Both the position numbers and the translations under genes were made by a program. DNA of 64,000 nucleotides, taken from Hormiphora californensis. Taxonomy: Eukaryota; Animalia; Ctenophora. The DNA lies in contig CM035352.1 in assembly GCA_020137815.1 (NCBI GenBank), positions 3,410,001 through 3,474,000 on the forward strand. The letters are read 5' to 3'. Each line of letters starts with the position of its first letter. The stretch's first letter is position 1. The notes below the pieces were generated by a model. That model was not told the origin of the DNA, searched no databases, and worked only from the letters and a program-made list of their open reading frames with translations. Positions 1 through 9,023 of this stretch are shown here, piece after piece.

Positions 1-2455
1 AGCTGCTAGAAACTCGACCCTAATGGGAAGAAGAGACTTCTTCTTACCGGGTGGACTATTCTGACAGAACTAGCGCATAACTTTGCACAGTTTCTTCTCT
101 GGGAAAAGATTTGATAAAATACGGTCTAATGTACTGGAAGGAAACAAGAGGCGTGGAGCGGATGTAAGGGTAATGGGGAAGGGAAAGGTTGTGAAGATGT
201 TAAGTTGACTGGAGGTGTGAGTGGCGGAGAGTAAGTGGAACTGGAAAGTGGATGGTGGAGGGGATGAAGACGTAAGTGGACTGGAAGAGGAGGTGCGAGT
301 ATGAAGATGTAAAGTGAGGCCGTGAGTGATGAAGATGTAAGCGGAACTGAAGAGGAGGTGTGAGTGGTGAAGAATGTAAAAGAGGAACCTGGAAGTGGTG
401 GTGCATCGAGGACTGATTGTGAGCTGACTCAGTTTGAAGAGAGGTCTCGCAAAGATCTTGTTCGGATTGTAAGCCAGATATGTATCTCAAGTCGTGTGAG
501 CTAGATCCTGAGTTCCAATGTGGCTGGTGAAGGATGTGGTCCTAGAGAGTGTTGCGCCTGACTTTAACGGACACTATATTACAAGTCATTATGTTAGAAT
601 TTCAGTAACCTGAACCCCCCTGCAACAAAGCAGTAGTCATTGGCCAACCGATAAGGATCACAATGGAGAGAACGAGATCTTCTTGCCCAACTACCGCCCT
701 GTCCTCAAAAATTGCTTTTGTCTCAAAAGTCTTGGAAAAGGTGGTATTGTGTCAAATGAATGATTCTACTGAAGAATGACTTGTTTGAACGCCAACCCGT
801 ACGCGGGTTACGAACTGGTCTAGTGTGAAACTCTTCTGGCTGGAATTTTGATGACTTGCTGAAAGAACTGGATTCTGAAAACCGGTAGCAGCACTCAATG
901 CTGTGGACATGAGCGCGGCTGCTTTCGATAACAGTAGATATGAGAAAGCTGATGGAAGTGCTCGAGGTGAGGTGTTGGAGTGAAGGGAAGTTGCGCTTGG
1001 TGGTTAGAGTTATCAGGTTCAGGAGTACAGAGTAGCGTCCATGGTGAGCCTCTGAGGTTATTGCTCTCATCTGTGGATACCACAGGGGTCATTGTTGGTC
1101 CTGTATTATTCCTGTTTACATAAGGAGCCTACAGGATATTGCCTAGACGTATGGTCTAATATAAGCATGTATGCAGATGATTCCCAGTTATATGTGGGAC
1201 TTGTCCCAACGATAGTGAGGGATGGAACGGGCAAGACCAGTATTGAGGAGTGTCTCGCTTCTATTAAGAAACTGGATGGTACAGCATTGGCTCAAATGTA
1301 ACGAGAGTAAGACTGAGTTTTGTTTCTTCTGGGAAAATCAAGTTCTCTTGAAGCTGGTATTTGATCCGGAATTAGGTTTTGTGACGCTGTGTTGCAGCCC
1401 ATGGAATGTAGAGAAGGACAGGGAGACTCTAGGAATACTTCTGGATGAGCATCTTACCCTGGAGAGGCAGGTGAACAATGGTTAAGAAACAATGTGGACT
1501 GCAACTCAAGAACCTATGGCAACTCAATAAGTGTTTGGACAATAGTACACGATTCCTTCTGGTGAAGCAATTGTCATATCAAAGATAAGACTACTGCAAT
1601 ATCCTCTACGTGTGGACTCCCAAAACGGATTCTAACAATCTTCAAAAGGTTCTAAACTCCTGCGTACGGTTCATCTAAACCTACAGGACATCAGGATAGC
1701 TATGATGAAGTAGTTCAAGGAAGCTCATATCCCTCCCAATACAGCAAGACTAACGTTCAAGGCCTGCCTGTTAGCGTACAAAATTGTGCGTGGACAGCTC
1801 CAGAGTATTTGCTGGAACTGGTCCCTAGGGGATGATGATATTCTGGGTATGAGACAACGAGGGCGAATTCAGTGATTGACTTCTATAAGCTGAAATATCC
1901 TAAACTCTCGATTCTTAACGCAAACTCCTAACTGAGGAGAAGGAGGATTTTCGGTGTTTCTACCGACGGTATGGAACTCTTTACCTCTAGACCTGAGATC
2001 TGTTCACACCATTGAGTTGTTCAAATCTAGGCTGAAGACCAGACTTTTCCTTGAAGCGTTCCCTTCTACCCTGAAGACTCCCGTTGTGGCGTCTGAGTTG
2101 TTCACCGTGTTCCCCATCGTCTAGGGGCGGTCTTTAGGCGTGCTCACCATTTACACTTAGGGCTTTTTTATCAGTATTGTTGAGCTGCTGATAGTAGTGT
2201 GTGGGGCTGGTTGGCTTGTTCCCTTATTTAATAAAGTCTGTAATTTTTTTCATCTATACAGTTTAAGCGTTTGTGGCCAGTTATCTAATTAGTATATCTT
2301 GAACTGGAGTTTTTTTCCAAAGTGTGTGAGAATATAAAGGACCTTTTCGTGTGAGGTATACCGGCTCTGAAGCTCGTCAGTGTCAGTTACAGTTTTACTT
2401 ATCTGGCCCTGTCGTGTCTGTGGCGGTATACAAACTTAATATTATTATTATTATT
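1..2455 (+). mobile_element. Degenerate L2-clade LINE (RT region, 3' UTR and (TTA)n tail), 5' part outside the window
   Basis: Frameshifted + strand translation follows the intact ORF2 at 17224-20262: NYRPV, SKVLEKVV, DMSAAFD, PQGS (~1081-1095), YADDSQLYVGLVP (1168-1208), LERQVNN, FKSRLKT. A degenerate purine-rich tandem repeat lies at ~190-410. The element ends in TATACCG...GGCGGTATACAA followed by (ATT)n. Confidence 0.85.
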
Positions 2456-3701
2456 AGTATAGACCGTAAACGATAAGAATAAGTTCTTCAGTTGAACTAT
2501 CACCAAGATCAATTTCTAGTCGGGTGCTAGCCTCAAATTGCGGGCTTAAATACCCATGTGGTACTGTTCCTTCACGATCAGGAGAGAGGCTAAGACCTAA
2601 GATAAAGTTTTGTTGGAAATTATCGCTATTTATCAGACATTGACCGTGTAAATCCAAACCTAGCGACTTATACAGTTGATGTAAGTAGGGGGTGTAGTCT
2701 TCGTCTTCTACATCTAGTGAATCAACAAAATAGGGCTTTCCGTCACAAAAAAACTGGAACTTGGAGAAGGGAACAAAAGAGAATGGGTTGGCGCTGTGAG
2801 TACCTTCGAATGAACTCATGGTTTGTATACAGAAAAAAGCGTGGTGCGGTAATTTTCCAGGGAAAATATGGTTTAATCTTACAATTTGGCTACCTTCTGG
2901 TATAGGCCGCACTATAAGTTCTGGTTTGCACACATGATAAGGGGCAGGTTCCTTCAACAACCGCTGTTCAATTAGAGAGAGGAACGGAGGGGATGGTTTT
3001 AGGAATTTGGCCTTGAGATGGACACTGTTGAGATGAATTTTATAACCGCTATCAGCTGACAATAGCAGGAAATTATCACTATTGCGGCTCAGTGTAACTC
3101 GAAGCGGAAGTGCTGTCGGGAGAGCCTTAGAACTGTTTATTAGGGGACAGTGTAATTTCCCGACTACAGTGACATTTTTAGAATCACTAATTTTCTTAGC
3201 ACGCTCTTCTCCTCCCTTATTTGTCAAATTGTCTCCACTAAAGTTCATTGAGTCATTACGCGTTTTACCCTTGTCCATTATAAAGAGTTGTGTAGCTTTT
3301 AGAAAGTCCTCTCGATTTGGATCTGTGTTTAGAATGGTGTTAAAATACGATTGGTAGGCATAACTGTTCCTCATGCTCTGTGTGATGTCAATGCGATCCG
3401 CCAGGACAATATCAACTAATTCCCATAACGCGTTATTAAAATTATTTACTATGGATACTTTATCTGTAGATGTAAGTTTAGCTTCCCCCTTTTTAACACA
3501 GAATTGAGTTTCTATATCTATCTCCCAGAGCATACCAGATTGTTGTGGAGGAATATTAAATGTAATTGGCCCGTTGAGAATAGAATTAGAAGGATACACT
3601 TTAATTTCATAGCTCTCTTCAATAGAAACACGAGTGTTGGGTCGCTTCCAAAGCAAAAGTTCTGTAGAGATTGCCTCGCCAAGTCCCGAAAACGTCTTCA
3701 T
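2454..3701 (-). CDS. Maverick/Polinton (adintovirus-type) major capsid protein, double jelly-roll; C-terminus probably clipped by the L2 insertion
   Basis: 415-aa intronless ORF. N-terminus ELLLWKRPNTRVSIEESYEIKVYPSNSILNGPITFNIP matches the Polinton MCP pattern EL.LF..P.TQ.SIE.....P.....GPI.F.I. Also YAYQSYFNTILN, LRVTLSR, F.GKLP...F, NPFSF and LILIVYG. The stop codon is supplied by the LINE (TTA)n tail. Confidence 0.88.
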   Translation of the reverse strand: MKTFSGLGEAISTELLLWKRPNTRVSIEESYEIKVYPSNSILNGPITFNIPPQQSGMLWEIDIETQFCVKKGEAKLTSTDKVSIVNNFNNALWELVDIVLADRIDITQSMRNSYAYQSYFNTILNTDPNREDFLKATQLFIMDKGKTRNDSMNFSGDNLTNKGGEERAKKISDSKNVTVVGKLHCPLINSSKALPTALPLRVTLSRNSDNFLLLSADSGYKIHLNSVHLKAKFLKPSPPFLSLIEQRLLKEPAPYHVCKPELIVRPIPEGSQIVRLNHIFPGKLPHHAFFCIQTMSSFEGTHSANPFSFVPFSKFQFFCDGKPYFVDSLDVEDEDYTPYLHQLYKSLGLDLHGQCLINSDNFQQNFILGLSLSPDREGTVPHGYLSPQFEASTRLEIDLGDSSTEELILIVYGLY

Positions 3702-4015
3702 ATTTTAGCTTTGCGTGGTGTAAGGTGTTTGCGTCGTTTCTTTGGACGATTGATGTATGGATGAATTAAACTATTAGCTCCTGCAACAGCGGCACGTTTT
3801 AGTCCAGTCTTCAAATGAGGGGCAGCTGCTTTACCTATGCCTTTTATAGCACTACCTAGAATTGGAAGCGCTCCACGAAATAAAGAGGCTAAGATGCTGC
3901 CGATTCCTTCGCCATTCTGCGTATATATATAATACCCATCATTATCATAGCCCATGCCATGTTGATTTATAATGCGTGAGTAAGCAGCGACGTTTTTTAA
4001 TGTTAACGGTTCCAT
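3698..4015 (-). CDS. Small Maverick/adintovirus virion protein with QxGxG protease site, amphipathic helix and basic tail (protein VI/pX-like function inferred)
   Basis: QNGEG-IGSILASLFRGALPILGSAIKGIGK matches the Q.G.G.GS....LFR..P.L motif found between penton and MCP in animal Polintons. C-terminal RPKKRRK. ATGA stop-start overlap with the MCP. Confidence 0.75.
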   Translation of the reverse strand: MEPLTLKNVAAYSRIINQHGMGYDNDGYYIYTQNGEGIGSILASLFRGALPILGSAIKGIGKAAAPHLKTGLKRAAVAGANSLIHPYINRPKKRRKHLTPRKAKI

Positions 4016-4040
4016 ATTGGTTAAAAAATGATTGTCATTA

Positions 4041-4624
4041 CTATCTATTTATACTGCTCCCTCTCTCCGTGACACTATACTGTAACGGACGCATTTCAAG
4101 AGTAACAACTGTGTCATATTTGTCACAGAACGGAAGGAATTTCCCGTTAAAATCTCGTATTGAGAGAGATATGTCACTAAATTCACGAACTTCGATCGGT
4201 ACAAGAGTTGGGTTTCGAAATTCAAAAAATGAATACCCCGGGTGATAATCAAAAGGACACATACATAAAATTCTAGACTTTTTCCCGTTTATAAATGAAC
4301 TTTGCACGATATTGAGATAGAGACATCCCATAATTTGTCGATTTATGAGTTTTTTGTCCTGGATGGTCCAATTATCATTCTCCTCTTCAGCATCTATCAG
4401 CTTAAATAATGGACATGATAGGATGGTGGCATAATTAGGTGTAATAACCTTGGTTACTGTGTCTTGAGTTTGTAGTGCTATTCTCCCTCTAAAGTCTCTA
4501 CTTTCAAAGTATAAGTTGGTAGCTGTCACTAGAGCATTGAGAATATCTAACCGTGTATCATAGTGACCAGGGGGGATAGTAACAGTGTGGGTACCACCGA
4601 ACAAAACATTAACCTCTTTTATAC

Positions 4625-4625
<1 letters not shown>
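4041..4625 (-). CDS. Maverick/adintovirus minor capsid protein (penton, single jelly-roll); N-terminus disrupted by a microsatellite
   Basis: TIPPGHY, LYLNIVQSSFINGKKSRIL, EFRNPTLVPI, ISLSIRDFNGKFLPF and VVTLEMRP are typical Polinton penton motifs. An (AG)n run at 4626-4778 lies where the N-terminus should be; a possible original ATG is at 4905. Confidence 0.8.
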
Positions 4626-4702
<77 letters not shown>

Positions 4703-4704
4703 AG

Positions 4705-4781
<77 letters not shown>

Positions 4782-4921
4782 GACTAGTACCATCAATTCC
4801 GCCTGAGAATCAAATTAGCATCCAACGGTAACAGATAGAGGGAGGAAGAGGTGTGTGTGTGTGTGTGTGTTTTTGTGTGTAAGCGCAGTACAATATTATA
4901 GGCATTTAGGAAACACTTTTG

Positions 4922-5257
4922 TTACTGAGTAAAGAAAGGAAATATGGTAATAAATACAATCAACACTTGCTTATAGAACACATCATTGTTCCGATATAGA
5001 TCAACCAACTTGAAAACGTGGAAATATAATTCACCTACACTCTGACACGACAAAAAATAACTCAAACAATCCCTTCTCACGTTTGATACTGTATCTTGTT
5101 TTATGTACGAGGGAGAACTACGAAGTGATTTAACATGCGTAAGCGTTTTTGATTTGAGTTCCATAAATTTATATTCATACGCACAATTAATTTCGCAGTC
5201 TTTTATCCCCAACAACTTTAAAGTTCTCACAGCAATGTAATAAGGTAGAATCTCCAT
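4922..5257 (-). CDS. Orphan 111-aa protein of the viral segment
   Basis: ATG overlaps the upstream stop codon (TGATG at 5255-5259). Same strand and tight packing as the capsid genes. No recognisable motif. Confidence 0.55.
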   Translation of the reverse strand: MEILPYYIAVRTLKLLGIKDCEINCAYEYKFMELKSKTLTHVKSLRSSPSYIKQDTVSNVRRDCLSYFLSCQSVGELYFHVFKLVDLYRNNDVFYKQVLIVFITIFPFFTQ

Positions 5258-5829
5258 CAGACTGTAGTTTCAAGTGGTATAGTGTTTTGATTCGGTATAG
5301 GGATGCGAGAGTAGAAAAATTTACTGAACTCTGAATTTGTCAACAAAAGCGGGGAAAGGATCGGGAAAATGCTAATAATGATAAGGCCATACATCCAAAA
5401 CATTACTTTATCCTCCTTATCAGAAACGAAACTTTCAGTAGCATTTTCACTAACTTGTTGGAAACTATCTGTTTGAGCTGTACCATTTTTCCTCTCCATG
5501 TTATGCACCTCAACTCCTTCAAATCCACAAAAGATTGTTATGTTGAGAATTTCGCTAGGACGAGTGTAATTTCCTTCAGCTACAACTTGCTCCATATTTT
5601 CTCCGTTGACAGTTAGGTCAAACCAATTGAATTTGAAACGATGAACATTAGAAATTGAACGTATCTGATAACTCATCAATCCTCCTTCAATCAGTTGCAC
5701 CTTACTTCCATTTTGATATAAGTAGGAAAATGTTCTGTTTTCTCCATTGAGAGTCATGTAATGATCACACACGTTTGTGTTGAACACAAGTGAGAAATTC
5801 AAAGCTGCAACGAAGGATAGAGAAATCAT
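5257..5829 (-). CDS. Type-I membrane glycoprotein (190 aa) in the viral segment
   Basis: From ATG 5829: signal-like MISLSFVAALNFSLVF; sequons NRT, NGS, NYT, NIT, NGT, NAT; TM segment VMFWMYGLIIISIFPILSPLLL; cytoplasmic tail ending ETTV. Confidence 0.65.
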   Translation of the reverse strand: MISLSFVAALNFSLVFNTNVCDHYMTLNGENRTFSYLYQNGSKVQLIEGGLMSYQIRSISNVHRFKFNWFDLTVNGENMEQVVAEGNYTRPSEILNITIFCGFEGVEVHNMERKNGTAQTDSFQQVSENATESFVSDKEDKVMFWMYGLIIISIFPILSPLLLTNSEFSKFFYSRIPIPNQNTIPLETTV

Positions 5830-5959
5830 CTTGAAATGAAATTCTTCCCTCCTTTTTGGTGAGGAAGTATCCAATTTGCATGTTTGGATCACCGTTTTAA
5901 TAATGTACAAACTGAACAGGGTAGTTTTACATTAGATTTCTTAGAATAATACGAAATCC

Positions 5960-6140
5960 CATCACCCCCGCCGATTTCGAGGTTTTAAATTAGGGCCCAG
6001 GTTCCCTGCCAATTTCGGGGTTTTAAATTGGGCCCCATCTCATGCCCTCTTTTGGGGCACTAATTAGAGCTCAACTTGCAGCCCCCTTGTGGGTTGTAAA
6101 ATGGGGCCCTATCTATACCCTTACGGCGCGCGCCCCACCA
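5960..6140. promoter_or_regulatory. Intergenic region between divergent viral ORFs with three GGTT(T/G)TAAA..GGGCCC repeats
   Basis: Imperfect direct repeats at ~5971-5998, ~6008-6035 and ~6091-6108, each ending in the palindrome GGGCCC. Confidence 0.35.
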
Positions 6141-6184
6141 GCAAAGCTGAAGGCGTGTTGTGATACCAACTTTACAAGTCTAAC

Positions 6185-6673
6185 ATGAATCAGTCACAAA
6201 CCTTACCCCTATTCAGTAACTCAACCCCTTTTTACCCCATAGCTATGACTACAATGCAGCTAGAAATCTTGCGTGCTAGAGTTGTTGCACGCCTCACCCA
6301 AAAAATAATGGAATCTGCAGAGAGAAACTGTCCTGGACATAATTTTACGTGCCCTCTGCTCCATTTGTGTCAACAACAATCTCTAATGGATAAATTTATG
6401 CTGTATTTTGATGATGTTCGCCAAGAACTTATTGACCAACCAGATATATTAGTTGATGGAAAAGGGAATGATTTTGACGGAAAGATTGCCTTTGTAAAGA
6501 ACTTTCTAACCAACGCCACACCCTGTTCTATCTATTATGGCAACCTTTACACTCATAAACATGAGAAACCAACAGCATCTCGTGAAAAGAGTGTGAAACC
6601 AGGTACCAAGAGAAAGCGAGTGAAGAAGAATGTTTTAGACAAGATATTGAAAGACGTTGGTTTAAACTGTTAA
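6185..6673 (+). CDS. Orphan 162-aa protein with Cys/His cluster and basic NLS-like tail, probably a viral accessory gene
   Basis: Intronless ATG ORF with CPGHNFTCPLLHLC and KRKRVKK. Divergent from the glycoprotein gene. Abuts an L2 tail. Confidence 0.55.
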   Translation: MNQSQTLPLFSNSTPFYPIAMTTMQLEILRARVVARLTQKIMESAERNCPGHNFTCPLLHLCQQQSLMDKFMLYFDDVRQELIDQPDILVDGKGNDFDGKIAFVKNFLTNATPCSIYYGNLYTHKHEKPTASREKSVKPGTKRKRVKKNVLDKILKDVGLNC

Positions 6674-6900
6674 AATATTAATAATAATAATAATATGTCT
6701 ATTTATATGCCGCCCTTACCTCACAGGGCCAGTGTAGTAGAACTGACACTGACACTGAGAGGCGATCTGAGCGGTTACTTAAAGACGTATATCAAAAAAT
6801 GGTAGACCAAAACACTGAATTAAACTGATTTAAACACTCTCGGCTCACATAACTGTCCAGATGAGATAACAGACTGATATAGATGGAAAAACGTCCACAT
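6674..6900 (-). mobile_element. 5'-truncated L2 3' UTR/tail
   Basis: Reverse complement reads ...CAGTGTCAG...CTGGCCCTGT...GGCGGCATATA...(ATT)n, homologous to the L2 end at 2350-2455. Confidence 0.65.
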
Positions 6901-6978
6901 TAGATGGTAGAAAATTAATAATATTATTAAAATGTTAAGATATCATAATATCAAAGCTATTGTCTGTTACTCTCGCCA

Positions 6979-7310
6979 TCACCAAGTCATGTATTCATCA
7001 TCATCATCAGTACTCATCTCATCAGGTTCAGAGTCTGACATCTCATTATCACTTTCAGTTTCACCCATCTCATCATTAGTTTCATCATTAGCTTCGTCAT
7101 CTGTTTCCTCACCTGGGCTGTGAGGGTAATTGTGTGTTAAAGTCAATCAATCAAATCTCATTATTTGTATAAAACTATGATAAATTACCCCTACACACAC
7201 ACACACACACACACACAGACAAACTACATACCTCCAACTGGAGTCACTCATATTAACTTCGTTGTTGACTCTGTTCATCGTTGTATGAAAATGTATCTTT
7301 TTCTTTATCT
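6979..7310 (-). pseudogene. Two exon-like fragments of an acidic protein
   Basis: Minus-strand donor GAG|GTATGT (~7231), acceptor CTCACAG| (~7118), and reading SPGEETDDEANDETNDEMGETESDNEMSDSEPDEMSTDDDEYMTW*. Confidence 0.35.
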
Positions 7311-7329
7311 CCCATTCCACTCATTTTAG

Positions 7330-7510
7330 TACGAGATTCCTGAATATGTGAATCGAGAAGCAGCCGACCTGATATTCAAGATTTTGGTGGTCGATGCTAA
7401 ACTCAGACCAACCCTGTCAGACATTCTTGCCCCATCCGTGGATCGTGAAAAATGCCACAAGTTCGATAAAACTACCGGATAGTAGATGGAGTGGGGACAT
7501 TTATTTATAG
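7330..7510 (+). pseudogene. Isolated Ser/Thr kinase C-terminal exon (subdomain XI, Aurora/CAMK-like) with a 1-nt frameshift
   Basis: TTTTAG| acceptor, then YEIPEYVNREAADLIFKILVVDAKLRPTLSDILA(+C)HPWIVKN. No other kinase exons seen in the window. Confidence 0.6.
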
Positions 7511-7874
7511 TAAAATGTTTGGTTTACCTAGATTGTATCGGGCATGCTAAGATAGTAAATAGCAATGGGCTGAATGGTAGACTAGTACATTGTATATCTT
7601 TTTACGGAGTGACATTTTTCAAACTTTCTGACCAGCGTATACATATAATTATTATGTATGGATTGCATTGTCAAATGTCATGTGAATTGATTGCACTATA
7701 ATTATTTAGTTAGGAACGCGATATTTGAACCACGAACAATTTATTTAAGTTATGAGACGAAAAATTAGAAAAAAATAAATGAATTGAAGTCAGTTATGTA
7801 TGATAAGAAATCTATTCAATCATTCTCCCCAGTTTGGTTTACATCTCCAATAGTTCTCAAATAATATTGAAGTA

Positions 7875-8237
7875 ATATTTTCTCCGTTGACAGTTAGGTC
7901 AAACCAATTGAATTTGAAACGATGAACATTAGAAATTGAACGTATCTGATAACTCATCAATCCTCCTTCAATCAGTTGCACCTTACTTCCATTTTGATAT
8001 AAGTAGGAAAATGTTCTGTTTTCTCCATTGAGAGTCATGTAATGATCACACACGTTTGTGTTGAACACAAGTGAGAAATTCAAAGCTGCAACGAAGGATA
8101 GAGAAATCATCTTGAAATGAAATTCTTCCCTCCTTTTTGGTGAGGAAGTATCCAATTTGCATGTTTGGAACACCGTTTTAATAATGTACAAACTGAACAG
8201 GGTAGTTTTACATTAGATTTCTTAGAATAATACGAAA
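7875..8237 (-). repeat. Near-identical 363-bp direct duplication of 5594-5956 (5' half of the viral glycoprotein gene plus upstream DNA)
   Basis: Read-through identity; the only difference I found is GATCACCG vs GAACACCG. Confidence 0.92.
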
Positions 8238-9023
8238 GCAGAGCGTAGCTAAACATTATTGAGAAGAATTTGTTTCAATTTGATTTAATATTTACAGGTA
8301 CTTTTAAATAACTCGACAGTCAACCGGAGTTAGGTGCGGTTCACCATGGTGTAAGCATAGCTTGTTAGTCTAGACATGTTCTCTTCATAGGTGCAGTGAA
8401 CGGTGTGTAAACATGACACATCTCTCTTCATTTTAGGTTGGGTAGTATAGTGGGTGTTGTGTGTAATCATAACACTAACTTACACTCACCATATATGTAG
8501 CGGGATTATGACACTAACATATTAATTGACAAGGTAATGTTACAAGTAACAAATATGTTACATGTTGTGTGTATGTGCAAGTCACGTAACTAGCCAGTTC
8601 CGTAACGAATGTAACAGTCACGTGATATTTGTAAACAGTCACGTGATAAATGTAACAGTCACGTGACATTTAGTTGCATGGCTGTTACATTAGGCTCGGT
8701 TTTCACCGAAACTCCACTACTTACCTGAGATGCAAAGTTCAAATTCCGGGGTAAACAAGTAAAGGGGAGTTAACCAAAAATGCGTTGAATTTGACAATTT
8801 CACTTTCATTAACTCGGAACAGCTTTGTCCCATGGGTGAAACATGCCACAGCCCCATTATAAGCCACTTTGTTTTGCTGACTAGAATGAACTGTTTTTCA
8901 CAGGCCAGGGGTGTTAGCTATACTTGAACTGTTTATCTGTACGGTCGAACGGCTCAATTAGTTGCAGGGTTAAAATATGTCTAAACAATCAGCTTGAAAA
9001 AATATAGTCTGGTGTTGAAGTCT

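Noticed and set aside
200-1092. Minus-strand ORFs
   Set aside because: Antisense to the frameshifted + strand L2 RT.
4563-4806. ERERER/SLSLSL/THTHTH ORFs here and at 13966-14346, 15252-15674, 23459-23726, 32626-33124, 43101-43469, 52608-52828, 61498-61810, 62245-62487
   Set aside because: Microsatellite translations; only the embedded real exons were kept.
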